64,000 nucleotides of DNA from a virus, in IMG/VR virus record IMGVR_UViG_3300025009_000051, positions 1-64,000 of that record; one strand, given 5' to 3'. Positions within the stretch are counted from its first letter, which is position 1; the number at the start of each line of letters is the position of its first letter. A model generated the notes under the pieces. That model searched no databases. It saw nothing but the letters and a program-made list of their open reading frames with translations, and had not been told where the DNA came from. Below are positions 48,451 to 58,929 of the stretch, piece after piece. A program made the translations under genes and the position numbers.

Positions 48451-49276
48451 ATGACAATGAAATATAGAATTAAACAAAAGACATTCCTAAATTCAGATGA
48501 AAAGATTATATCTAATATTTTTTATATTCAGAAAAAAATGTTATTTTTGTGGGTAAGAGTAAGTACCAGAGTAATACCGAATGACAATAAAGTGCATACA
48601 ACATTTAAAAAAAGTTATTTAACATTTAATTCTTATGAAAACTGTGAATCCCATTATAAAGAATTTTTTGAATGTGAAAATGTGATTACATTTAGAAACA
48701 AAAAAATATTTAAGGTATATGATATATATTTTGATTGTAGTAGATATTTTGTAATGTTTGGTGGAATTTGGGTTACATTTTCTACACCTCAAGAAGCGAA
48801 TAGAGCAATCAAAAAAGATAATGATAAAAAAGTTAAATCGACCAAAATAACCATACTCAATTTATAACAATAAAATGAAATATAGAATCAAACAAAAAAT
48901 ATCCCTGGATTCAACTGAAAAGATAATATCTAACATTTTTTATATTCAGAAAAAAATATTATTTTTGTGGGCACGAGCCAAGAGTAGAACTGGTATTTCA
49001 AACTATAATGTCTTGACATTTTCTAACTTTGAAGATTGTAAAGAACATTATGATGAAATGTTTACTTGCAAAAATGAAATATCATATAAAAATAAAAAAA
49101 TATTTACAATTTATAATGAATTTAAGATATTTGATTGGAAGTCACATTGCAATTTTGCTGTGTGTTTTTCTAATTGCTGGTTTTATTACGGTAGCATTGA
49201 AAAAGCCAAACAAGCAATAGACAAAAATTTAGATGAACAAGTTAAATCGACTAAAATAAAAATAATCGATGTATAG
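48451..49276 (+). CDS. Tandem paralogous pair (48451..48867, 48875..49276)
   Basis: Both read MKYRIKQK...EKIISNIFYIQKK.LFLW...VKSTKI. Confidence 0.75.
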
Positions 49277-51008
49277 TGATAAATGGTTTCCTCAAAATTT
49301 TTTATTTGATAATAATAATCCTTTTCATTTATATATTTTAAAACAGAATATTTCTAATATCATAAAAATTATTTTTGGTAAAGAATATTCTGTCGATTAT
49401 TATTCTGTAGATGATATTATGAATAAAAACAATAATATTATTTATATAGATCATAATATTAAAAATATAGATAATCAAATTGGTTATGTATTATTATCTG
49501 CATTTCGTAAAAAATGTGATTTTAATATTCATCAAATTATTTCTAATAGTGGTATATCTGATATAGAATATGAAAAATTAGAATTGATATGTCATGTGTT
49601 GAGTTTTCACAATGCGTTAGCTGAAATTAAAAAAGTAGTCCCCGGTTATCTAAAATTTATTAAAAAATATTTAGATTATAATTTCAAAATTTTAAGTCAA
49701 TATACTTCAGAAACAATATCAACAAATAAAATTTTATTACATCAACTATTTAAAAAAGTATTAACAGAAAATAATTGGGATACTTTTTCTTATCATTTAT
49801 TAAAATTTCATTTAGAAGAATCTTCTATATCAGAAATCAAAAATATCCAAGATAAGTTAAAAAAAGAAAAACAATTAGATGAAGAATTATTTTTTAAATA
49901 TTTTACTGAACTTTATACTGTTTTACAATCTATAAACACCAATAAAGAAAATGATTATTCAACTTTAGAAGAAGCAGAAATAAAAAAACTAACTAACACA
50001 ATTGAAAGATATGAATCAATAATTTTCAATAAATTAAAATTAGCTTCTATCAGATATTCATTAAAAAGTAATATTATAAAGTATGATACATTAAAAATAA
50101 AACAAGAGAAAGTCAATTATAAATTAAATGAACCAGTAAATATTTTATATTTAGATGAATTAAATTCAGCTTCTTTAGATAATAAATTATTTGATTTATT
50201 TGAAACAAATCCAACATTATTAAATTACAATCAAAAAATAATCTTACCTGATGGAATTAAAATAGGTAGAAAAATTTTATCTCAGTTGAAATATCGAGAC
50301 AATAATAAGATAGAAAAAAATAATTATTTATTATCAGGAAAACTGAATAAAAGATTTCTATATAAAATACCATTGGAAGATAAAAACATTTATTATCGTG
50401 AAATAGATCAAACAAAGAAACATAGAACCGTTTATATTGTTGTAGATGCATCTAAATCAATGCAGGATGATAAATGGGATAAGACTCAAAAATTTGTAAT
50501 CAGTCTTATTTATGCAATATCAAATATTAGATCATTAGATATTGAAGTGTATTATAGACGAACATTACAGAATCAAAATAAATCTGTAAAAAATTTAGAT
50601 ATTAATCCTTTTGTTTTAAAAGCATATGATAGTAAGAAAGATAAATTTGAAAAGGTTAAAAAATATTTTAAATATCTAAAACCAAGTGGAGGATCTCCTG
50701 AAGGAATTGTATTGGATTATTTATCAAATAAATTAAAACAAGATTCGATAGTAATTAATATCTCAGATGGGTTACCTGAATTTTATAATCATTCAATTTC
50801 ATATACTGGTACTGAAGCAAATGATCATACTAAAAAACAAATAAAAAAATTAATGGATAAGAATATAAATTTCATATCATATTTTATAGGAGATAGAAAT
50901 GATTATGAAAAATATAAAACTATATATAAGCATAAGCATTTCTATGTTCCTGAAGAAATTGATAAATTAGGATTGACCCTAAATGAAGTTTTATTCGACG
51001 AGGTATAA
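49269..51008 (+). CDS. CobT-like protein with C-terminal vWA domain
   Basis: SGKLNKRFLY, VVDASKSM, GGSPEG and NISDGLP motifs. Confidence 0.7.
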   Translation: MYSDKWFPQNFLFDNNNPFHLYILKQNISNIIKIIFGKEYSVDYYSVDDIMNKNNNIIYIDHNIKNIDNQIGYVLLSAFRKKCDFNIHQIISNSGISDIEYEKLELICHVLSFHNALAEIKKVVPGYLKFIKKYLDYNFKILSQYTSETISTNKILLHQLFKKVLTENNWDTFSYHLLKFHLEESSISEIKNIQDKLKKEKQLDEELFFKYFTELYTVLQSINTNKENDYSTLEEAEIKKLTNTIERYESIIFNKLKLASIRYSLKSNIIKYDTLKIKQEKVNYKLNEPVNILYLDELNSASLDNKLFDLFETNPTLLNYNQKIILPDGIKIGRKILSQLKYRDNNKIEKNNYLLSGKLNKRFLYKIPLEDKNIYYREIDQTKKHRTVYIVVDASKSMQDDKWDKTQKFVISLIYAISNIRSLDIEVYYRRTLQNQNKSVKNLDINPFVLKAYDSKKDKFEKVKKYFKYLKPSGGSPEGIVLDYLSNKLKQDSIVINISDGLPEFYNHSISYTGTEANDHTKKQIKKLMDKNINFISYFIGDRNDYEKYKTIYKHKHFYVPEEIDKLGLTLNEVLFDEV

Positions 51009-51442
51009 TTTATTATCCAAATCCAAGTCTCCTTCTCCGTGCTGTTTTCTTAAATCATTTATAATTGTTAATTCTTCATTTCGTATTGATTTATATTCAG
51101 AATCTAATTCATTGACTTCTTCTTGAATTTGTTTCTTTCTGATTTCCATATAACCCAATTTTAAAGATATAACATCATATTTTTCTTGTATGCCTTTAAT
51201 TTGATTAATTGTTTCGTCTGATAAATTTATTTGTTTCATAACTCAGTATTAATTTATTTTGCTTGAGCGTGAGATCCTTTTGCTACATAAGGAGGCATTT
51301 CAGCTTGTACTAATGTTTCTACATCTGCTTCACTTGTTATTTGATAATAATCTTCTATTGCATATACCTTAGAGTCTACTTCGCTATATCCATATACAGT
51401 ATGATATTCTTCCGCAATCCATTGTAAAACTTGTTCGTTCAT
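50991..51442 (-). CDS. Two small proteins (50991..51239 coiled coil; 51254..51442)
   Basis: ORF track; TATATTTAT motif at 51472-51480. Confidence 0.6.
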
Positions 51443-51494
51443 TTTTTAGTATTTAGGTGAATAATTTTAAAATAAATATATAATATTTTTATTT

Positions 51495-52232
51495 TTACAT
51501 ATTTTCATCTTCAGTAAGAATGATTTTTGTGGCGCTGTAAGTAACTTCACTCGATTGAATTAATTGTTGTTGCAAGTTTTGAGCTACAATAAATCCATTC
51601 ATATTAATTGTAAATGTACTTTTAACTGCTCTATCTTCACCCATATTCAATTCAATGCTTGTATCAAATCCAGGTATTCTTGCCGCAAACTTAAATTTAT
51701 TTGGTTCTCCCCAATAACTACTCTCGGCAAAATTTATTATTTCTTGAAGTTTATTCATTTGTTGCAATAACCTTGTCCATATAACACAATCATAAGTCAC
51801 TTCGATATATTTAGGTATTATTACATTGTGAAATTGTTTCTGCTTGGTTTTATTATACAACGCACTAAAATGATCATATCTATTATGTTCAGAATATTGT
51901 GAAGCGTGAGTGACATAAATTTCTGGTTTGTTTGCATCCAATTGTCTCGGATATTCTCTTGAATTTGTAAATCCAGTTCTTCTGAACATTATTAATGGAA
52001 CTTGAACCTTATTTTGTTCATCTCTAAAAAAACCATCGTGTCTTGTACTTTTCCATTTATCTGGTGAACCATATATAACAGGAACAGTTATTAGAGTATC
52101 ATTATCAATAACTCTTGGTTTTATCACTTCATTAAAATAATATTGTATTGCCCAATCTATATCATATAAATCATGAGTAACTGGTGCAATATTATCTGAT
52201 GTTCTTTTAGTATCTTTTTCTCGATTTTCCAT
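51495..52232 (-). CDS. Tail completion/terminator protein (T4 gp15-like)
   Basis: LYDIDWAI.YYF...VPVIYGSPDKW...KVQVPLIMFRRT...P..IEVTYDCVIWT; start at MENRE. Confidence 0.75.
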   Translation of the reverse strand: MENREKDTKRTSDNIAPVTHDLYDIDWAIQYYFNEVIKPRVIDNDTLITVPVIYGSPDKWKSTRHDGFFRDEQNKVQVPLIMFRRTGFTNSREYPRQLDANKPEIYVTHASQYSEHNRYDHFSALYNKTKQKQFHNVIIPKYIEVTYDCVIWTRLLQQMNKLQEIINFAESSYWGEPNKFKFAARIPGFDTSIELNMGEDRAVKSTFTINMNGFIVAQNLQQQLIQSSEVTYSATKIILTEDENM

Positions 52233-52266
52233 AAATTTGTTTTTAAATAAATATAAGAACATTATT

Positions 52267-53766
52267 TTAATTTATAGATAGAGCAGGAAATAAGTTTATT
52301 TTTTCAAATTCTTCTTTTATTGTATCAATTACAATATCTTTATAAATACTTTCACATAAAATGCTATCATGAATTGTAGCTAATAAAATATTAGGATTTT
52401 TTTCATTTATTTTTTTACATATTTTTCTTATAATTAAATCACTTTCTTCTTTTTGTAGTAGAATAGATAATTGTTTATAATCTTTTATTTTATATGAATT
52501 TATGATACTATATATTAATGGATATTTCTTTAAGAATTTTAATTCAATATCACTTATATATTTTTTCCAATATCTTCCAAAGAAAAGGTATTTGAAAAAT
52601 ATTTCTTTGAATTCATTTCTATTTTCATTTTCTGATATTAACCTATCATAAAATACTCCTTTTTCTGTTTCTTTTTTATATCTACTCCATTCTTCAATTA
52701 TAAATTCTTTCTTTTTTTCTTCCGGTAGAATATCAAGAAATGTAGTTGCTACATAGATCAATTCATCATATAGCAAAGGTTGCAAATTATTATAAAACGA
52801 ATCATAATCATAGATATTATTAATCACTTCATTTAATTTATTTACATTTAATTCTTCTGGATTTATTACTATACCTTGATATTGTAAAGAATTATTTTCT
52901 AAATATTTTTGAATTAGAATGTTGAATAAAAGAGGTTGACTATTCTTTATATCAATATTAATTAATTTATGATTGTTAGATATTTCTAAATTATTATCTT
53001 TTTCATATTGTATTCTATCGAAGTATAAATATTTTCTATAATATCTTGATAGACTGGTTAATTGAGTATAATGTCTAAAACCAGGATTAATCCATGTAAA
53101 GAAAGTATCATCTAATTGATTAAAAGATTTAATCATATAAGTATGATATTTATATTGATAATCTGTTAATATGTCAGAAATAGAATCACAAAAAATTATT
53201 GCTTCATCTTCTTTAATTTTTAAATATTTGTATTGTTTATACATTCTATTTGCATCTTCATCTTTTTCTAAATTATTATTAAATAATTTTTGATTCTTTT
53301 CTTTTAATTTTCCGATATAATCATTAGTTATTACTTTCGTTGAAATATCATCTATATAATCTTTATGCAATCGATATTGTTTAGATTTTGTTCCAACTGA
53401 ATAGGGTTCTACTAATTTTCCTTCTTTATTTTTTTTAGTGAATACATTTATTAAATTATTATCAAGTAAAACAGATCTGATATGATAATATATTCCTGGA
53501 TCATTGCCCAAATCAAAACTCATTTTATTCTTATTTATTGGAACAAAATCATGATAAGATAATTTCTTATATGTTTGTTGATAAATAATGTTATGAACAA
53601 ATAACTGATATTTGAATAATAATTTTGGTTTGTAGTCTGAAAGAGTGATTAATGTGTCTTCTAATTTTCTTGAGTAAAAAATTCTTTTTTGATTATTAGA
53701 CATTGATTTGTTTTTGAATTTTATTCTATGTATATTTGTGTGATGAATATATAAAAAATTCTGCAC
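52267..53766 (-). CDS. PolA-superfamily palm protein (TV-Pol-like), no exonuclease domain
   Basis: Motif A NIDIKNSQP, motif B R..FK..FF..LFFG, motif C LATIHDSIL; RHYTQLTSL. Confidence 0.65.
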   Translation of the reverse strand: MQNFLYIHHTNIHRIKFKNKSMSNNQKRIFYSRKLEDTLITLSDYKPKLLFKYQLFVHNIIYQQTYKKLSYHDFVPINKNKMSFDLGNDPGIYYHIRSVLLDNNLINVFTKKNKEGKLVEPYSVGTKSKQYRLHKDYIDDISTKVITNDYIGKLKEKNQKLFNNNLEKDEDANRMYKQYKYLKIKEDEAIIFCDSISDILTDYQYKYHTYMIKSFNQLDDTFFTWINPGFRHYTQLTSLSRYYRKYLYFDRIQYEKDNNLEISNNHKLINIDIKNSQPLLFNILIQKYLENNSLQYQGIVINPEELNVNKLNEVINNIYDYDSFYNNLQPLLYDELIYVATTFLDILPEEKKKEFIIEEWSRYKKETEKGVFYDRLISENENRNEFKEIFFKYLFFGRYWKKYISDIELKFLKKYPLIYSIINSYKIKDYKQLSILLQKEESDLIIRKICKKINEKNPNILLATIHDSILCESIYKDIVIDTIKEEFEKINLFPALSIN

Positions 53767-53783
53767 TTAAACAAATAAAAATT

Positions 53784-53996
53784 ATGAATGAATTAAATTT
53801 AACCAAAGAAAATGTTGGTGGATGGGTCGAATAAGTTCCATCTCATAAAAGAGGAGAAAAAGGTAGAATTAAATCTTATAATAATGAAATCCAATCTGCA
53901 TTTGTTGTTTTTCACTGCAATGATGAATGGGATAAGTATGTGAATTATACTGGACAATTAGTAAGCTATTCAGACTTAAGATTTTTACAAATTTAG
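53784..53996 (+). pseudogene. Small ORF interrupted by in-frame TAA at 53832-53834
   Basis: MNELNLTKENVGGWVE*VPSHKRGEKGRIKSYNNEIQSAFVVFHCNDEWDKYVNYTGQ...; one frame is maintained across the stop. Confidence 0.55.
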
Positions 53997-54401
53997 TTCA
54001 ATTACTACATCTTCAGTATCTGCGGGAACATGAGATAAATTATAGTTTATGCTTATATACACAATATGCTTATCACTATCTACTTCTAAAGTAATGCTAT
54101 TAACAGTAAGATAAGGTAACCAAGTAGCTATTGCAGATTTTATATCTTCTTGAACATTTAATACCAAATTTGAATTATCTGGTTCGAATAAAATTTTTCT
54201 TACATTTGTTCCATAAGAAGGTCTCATTACTCTTTCACCCTTTACAGTATTGATAAGCATTTTTAAATTAGTTCTCGCTTGATCTTTAGTTGTATAATTT
54301 AATTTAAAGAAGTTTTGATTATTACTATTTAAAGGTAAAGCTATACCAACTGCTTTGTTAGCATCTATATCTAATGGGTGTATTTTGGCGGTTAAAGACA
54401 T
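53985..54401 (-). CDS. Baseplate wedge protein (T4 gp25/GPW-like)
   Basis: YTTKDQARTNLKMLINTVKGERVMRPSYGTNV..ILFEP...AIATWLPY. Confidence 0.9.
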   Translation of the reverse strand: MSLTAKIHPLDIDANKAVGIALPLNSNNQNFFKLNYTTKDQARTNLKMLINTVKGERVMRPSYGTNVRKILFEPDNSNLVLNVQEDIKSAIATWLPYLTVNSITLEVDSDKHIVYISINYNLSHVPADTEDVVIELNL

Positions 54402-54431
54402 TTAGTTTTTTTAAATAAATATAATCTTTAT

Positions 54432-55022
54432 TTAAATTCTATTAAAATCTTCTGGAATTGGCTTCGTAATTATAAAATCATATTTTGGTTTTTCATCTCC
54501 TTCTGACATAGAAGAACATACACCGAGTTCATAAAGATTTATATTTTCTTTACCAATTCGATAAGTCAAAAAATCTTTTAAATTTATTTCTTCTATTTCA
54601 TCAAATTCTTCTGATATACCATATATAGAAAGAGTATGATGATTATGTCGATCTTGTTCGATTAGAATTGGCTGAATTTTATCATACATTAACGATAATA
54701 AATTTTCATTAATTACATCTTCAAACATTTCTACAGTTGCTTTAATGTGTCCAATTTTCATTTTATTTTAAATTTAATTTAAATGCTTCGTTAATTTTGC
54801 CACATATTCATATTCTTCTTTTTTTATAAATTCTTGATATATCTCTTTCAATAGTTTTTTAGTATAATTTATCTTGATGATAGAATATATTGAAGGCACT
54901 TCTATTAAGAAATAATCAAACGATAAAGATGAATCGATAATATGCTTAAATATTTTATTTTTATTTGTTATTAATTCTTTAAATTCTTTTCTATCTTCTA
55001 TGATAAGTGGTTTTGGTTCCAT
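54432..55022 (-). CDS. Two hypothetical proteins (54432..54761, 54774..55022)
   Basis: ORF track; the second ends in a UvrB/C-like EEYEYVAKL motif. Confidence 0.55.
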
Positions 55023-55102
55023 AACTCTAAATTTTTATTTTATATTTATTAATAAATATATTGAAAATATAAATAAAAAAAAATTAATAAACAAATTTTT
55101 TT

Positions 55103-55606
55103 ATGCCGTACACAGATTTAGCCCTTGGATTCAAATACAAAAGTAAAGAAGAGAGAAATACAGAAATACAAATAATAAAAGAATCTCATCATTTAGAATT
55201 ATCAGAAGATAGATATTATGTGTATGCGTATCTTCATCCTAAATTTCCTGGTGAATATATTTATGGCAATTTTAAATTTGATTATGCGCCCTTCTACATA
55301 GGGAAAGGGGTAAATTCTAATATCAGTTCTTATCAAAGATTATTTTCACATTTGTATTATAATCCAAAGAAAATGAAAAGTGATAAACATAAAACAATTG
55401 ATAAAATAAAGAAAGAAATGAATAGATTACCAATTATTATTAAAGTTATAGAAAATGTTTCTGAGGAAATATCATTTGATGTAGAAAACTTTTTAATAGA
55501 AAAAATAGGTAGAATTGAGAATAGAACCGGAATGTTGACTAATATTCAACGCGGTCATAAGACGAAATGGGAAAAAGAATACGAAAAAATTAAAATAAAA
55601 AAATAA
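55103..55606 (+). CDS. GIY-YIG (LEM-3-like) nuclease
   Basis: YYVYAYL...PFYIGKG...RL..H...VENFLIEKIGR...LTNI. Confidence 0.75.
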   Translation: MPYTDLALGFKYKSKEERNTEIQIIKESHHLELSEDRYYVYAYLHPKFPGEYIYGNFKFDYAPFYIGKGVNSNISSYQRLFSHLYYNPKKMKSDKHKTIDKIKKEMNRLPIIIKVIENVSEEISFDVENFLIEKIGRIENRTGMLTNIQRGHKTKWEKEYEKIKIKK

Positions 55607-55647
55607 TTTCTTATATTTATTATAAAAATTTTATTAACTTTGTAAAT

Positions 55648-56052
55648 ATGAAAAAAGAACTTAAAATCAAACTTCAACAGATAATCAAAGAAGAATATCA
55701 GAAATTAATATCTGAAAAAATAAATCCTTCTCAACTTTTAAACTGGAAGCCCGGCCTGCGTAGCCCGAAATTTGAGGCTATTTATGCAAGATTACTTAAA
55801 CCTATAGATCAAGGAAAAAAAATAAAAATTAAATATAAAGACAAAGCAGGATTTGACCGCATGACTCAAATTGAAGTAAATAATAATATTTCCAATGAAG
55901 CCAAAATTGTTGTGATTGATTTAGAAATAGGTTATTATGCACAAAATGAACTTTTTTTTATTAAAGATTTGGGCTTCTTTCATGTAAATAAACCTTATGC
56001 CGAAGAACTTAAAGATTTCCCAGAAGAATATAAAAAATATTTAAACAAATAA
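55648..56052 (+). CDS. Putative head/internal protein with LQQIIKEE leader
   Basis: Shares a 36-nt identical 5' segment with 56059..56613. Confidence 0.6.
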   Translation: MKKELKIKLQQIIKEEYQKLISEKINPSQLLNWKPGLRSPKFEAIYARLLKPIDQGKKIKIKYKDKAGFDRMTQIEVNNNISNEAKIVVIDLEIGYYAQNELFFIKDLGFFHVNKPYAEELKDFPEEYKKYLNK

Positions 56053-56109
56053 AAACATATGAAACCAGAATTAAAAATCAAACTTCAACAGATAATCAAA
56101 GAAGAATAT
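55663..56109 (+). repeat. 36-nt direct repeat AAAATCAAACTTCAACAGATAATCAAAGAAGAATAT (55663-55698, 56074-56109)
   Basis: Read directly at the 5' ends of two adjacent genes. Confidence 0.85.
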
Positions 56110-56613
56110 AATTCAATAATGAAAGAAAGTGAATTACAAGATGAATACAATAAATTCTTTGATACATTACTTTCTAAATACAATGTAAAAAGTCCAGAGG
56201 AATTATCAGATGAAAAGAAAAAATCATTCTTCAATAATATTGAAACATATTGGAAAGAGGGTGAAGGAGCAACTGAAGGATGGGAAGATAAGATAACAGT
56301 ATCTGAGAATAAGAAGACTAAATTACATCCTTTTCAAAAAGAAGCATTGAATAAGTTTAAAGAAAATAAATTTAAATTAACTTCATTATTATCAGAATTA
56401 GATATTCAAGATCCCAAAGAAGCGTATAAATTTATAAAAAGAGCTCAAGTATATTGTAAAGAAAATGATGAAGAAGGATATAAGAATATTATGGAAGCAT
56501 TTAATAAATATAATTGTGATAATCCTGAAGAAATAAATTGGGTTAAATTATATGATCAATTAAAACCAGTTTTACAGAAATGTAAGATATATGAAAAATT
56601 AAAAATAAAATAA
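56059..56613 (+). CDS. Putative head/internal protein
   Basis: LQQIIKEE leader plus a Y..FF...L.KY.V.SP......KKK.FFNNI..YW module shared with 57179..57985. Confidence 0.6.
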   Translation: MKPELKIKLQQIIKEEYNSIMKESELQDEYNKFFDTLLSKYNVKSPEELSDEKKKSFFNNIETYWKEGEGATEGWEDKITVSENKKTKLHPFQKEALNKFKENKFKLTSLLSELDIQDPKEAYKFIKRAQVYCKENDEEGYKNIMEAFNKYNCDNPEEINWVKLYDQLKPVLQKCKIYEKLKIK

Positions 56614-56626
56614 TAAATAATCAGTT

Positions 56627-57157
56627 ATGTCGTACAAAAAAATATTTAAAAAAGTTTTTTTAAAAGGTGAAAGAATAGAAGTATCGTTTTTAAAAGAACA
56701 TCAAGAAAGAAAAGAGGGAGATATTTGGGAAGAAAACGGAAAGAAGTGGACAATAGAAAATGGAATTAAAAAGACAGTATCAAGATTCAAAGAATTAAGA
56801 AAAGAAATTTTAATACCATTAACTTGTCCGAAATGTAATGAACCAATGGTAAAGACTAAAGATCCAGAATTCTATCGACTATTTAATATGTGTTTAATAT
56901 GTAAAATAGAAGAAGATGAACAAAGAAAAAAAGATGGAACTTATGAAGAATATGAAAAAGAATTGATTAAAAAGAATAAGAAAGAATGGGTGAATGAATT
57001 AGAATCAGTTCTACATGAATTTGTAGAAAAACATGACAGTGAATATATTCATAATGAATTTGGAGACGTTGAGACGGTTGAACAGAATATGAGTAAAGAA
57101 GAATTGAAAGAACTGTTAGATAAACAATTGAAAGAAATAAAAGAAAATATAAAATAA
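56627..57157 (+). CDS. Zn-ribbon hypothetical protein
   Basis: KEGDIWEENGKKW; CPKC...CLIC. Confidence 0.65.
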   Translation: MSYKKIFKKVFLKGERIEVSFLKEHQERKEGDIWEENGKKWTIENGIKKTVSRFKELRKEILIPLTCPKCNEPMVKTKDPEFYRLFNMCLICKIEEDEQRKKDGTYEEYEKELIKKNKKEWVNELESVLHEFVEKHDSEYIHNEFGDVETVEQNMSKEELKELLDKQLKEIKENIK

Positions 57158-57178
57158 ACAATTAAAATTAAAATAAAA

Positions 57179-57985
57179 ATGGCAAAATTATCTCCACTTC
57201 AAAAAGCATATAGAAAATATTTTAAATCTATGCTTAAAAAATATGGTGTTGAATCACCTGCGAAAATCACTCCTGAAGAAAAAAAGAAAGCATTCTTTAA
57301 CAATATTAGAAAATATTGGGAAAATGGAGTTGGTTCGAAAGATAAATGGGAAGAAAAAATTAATTTAGTTGAAGAAGCTAAATCAAATAAATCTTTTCCT
57401 GATGTAGTCTTAGAAAATAAAGAACTTATTGAAAAATCAGTTGTTAAAGAAAATACAATTCGAAGAATAATAGGTGAAGAATATAAGAAATTATTGAAAG
57501 AAGAAAATGAATTGTTAAAAGCACAAGATGCTGCAAAAGCAACAATGTTCAAGATTAAAAAATTATATGATGACTTTTATAATAAAATGATAAATTTAAA
57601 ATTAATAGGATCATATAAATCTACAGTTAGACCATATAATAATGGATATGAATTAGATGTTAGAGTAAGAGAAAGTGAAGATTTATGGGATAAAAATTTT
57701 AAAGAAAAATACAATGCCTTACCAAATGTAATTCAAACCATGCTATATTCTTTACCTTCGATTACATTTCAACCTGGACCTTTCCTTCAATCAGATTTAG
57801 ATAAAGGAGAAACTAATAAAATGGAAGGATATTGCTCGGTGATAAAAAATGGTAAAGGAGCTACTTCTTCTTTTAATTATGAAGTTAAAGATAAAAATGA
57901 TATTAAGAAAGCAGCAGATGAATTCTATAAAATAAATGTCGATTTTATTAAAGATGCTACTGCAGAATTAAATAAAGTGAAATAA
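57179..57985 (+). CDS. Putative head/internal protein
   Basis: Shared KY.V.SP module; IRRIIGEEY..LLKEE. Confidence 0.6.
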   Translation: MAKLSPLQKAYRKYFKSMLKKYGVESPAKITPEEKKKAFFNNIRKYWENGVGSKDKWEEKINLVEEAKSNKSFPDVVLENKELIEKSVVKENTIRRIIGEEYKKLLKEENELLKAQDAAKATMFKIKKLYDDFYNKMINLKLIGSYKSTVRPYNNGYELDVRVRESEDLWDKNFKEKYNALPNVIQTMLYSLPSITFQPGPFLQSDLDKGETNKMEGYCSVIKNGKGATSSFNYEVKDKNDIKKAADEFYKINVDFIKDATAELNKVK

Positions 57986-57992
57986 AAAATTA

Positions 57993-58691
57993 ATGCAAAA
58001 AAACTCTTTAATAGAATATTTTATCATTTTCAATAAAAACCAAATCAAAAAGATAATTTCTGAGATAAGTAATTCAAATGCTATTGAAGTTGAATCTCTT
58101 GGAAAGTATATGGTAGATGATGGTCCACAAGCTTATTTTCAAAAAATGGCAGATTATAAAAATGTAACAAAAGGAAGAGCGGAATTTTTTGGATATCAAG
58201 TTATAAACTATCTTGTACCAGATATGGAATTAGAACAACATAAAACAAATTATCCAGATGGACCAATAGAAGGATCAAGTTATTTTTATGATCAAATAAA
58301 TGATGAAGGAATAGGTAGACCAGAATGGATTAATATTTTATCAAGTAAGCATCCAGCATTAAGAAGATGGAAATGGCATATAGATAGAATTGTTAAAACA
58401 GTTGGAATGGAATATGTATCAACTATTAAAGAAAATAAAGATATTAATTTAAATAATTTCTATATTACTTATAAAGATAATCAACTTAAGATTACCGACG
58501 ATATTAAAAATAAAAAATTATACAACATTGTTTCTATTATAAATGAAAAAACTTCTCCAATTCTTATTTCTAAATTGATCTTAATTAATAATTATCAGAA
58601 TAAAAATAAATTATTCAATAAAGGTAAAAATTTTATATTGTGTGAATTTAAACAAGAAAAATTAAAGATAAAAAAAATGATTAAAGACTAA
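57993..58691 (+). CDS. Hypothetical protein
   Basis: VDDGPQAYF...GYQVINYL motif. Confidence 0.6.
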   Translation: MQKNSLIEYFIIFNKNQIKKIISEISNSNAIEVESLGKYMVDDGPQAYFQKMADYKNVTKGRAEFFGYQVINYLVPDMELEQHKTNYPDGPIEGSSYFYDQINDEGIGRPEWINILSSKHPALRRWKWHIDRIVKTVGMEYVSTIKENKDINLNNFYITYKDNQLKITDDIKNKKLYNIVSIINEKTSPILISKLILINNYQNKNKLFNKGKNFILCEFKQEKLKIKKMIKD

Positions 58692-58929
58692 TTTTTAACC
58701 ACTTTTTCTTTTATAATCCAATAAGATTAATTTTTTATTGGATTTTTTTGTCTATAATAGTAATGTCTTTATAGTAGCAATCTTATTGTTATTTGTTCTT
58801 CTATTTAATTTGTCTTCTTCAATTAGAAGTAACAACTCTTCTAAATCTTCTTTAGAAAGATTCTTCCACATTCTAATATATTTTTGTGTTTCTTTATTAT
58901 CCGCTTTTGATTTCATTTTATTAGTTTGT

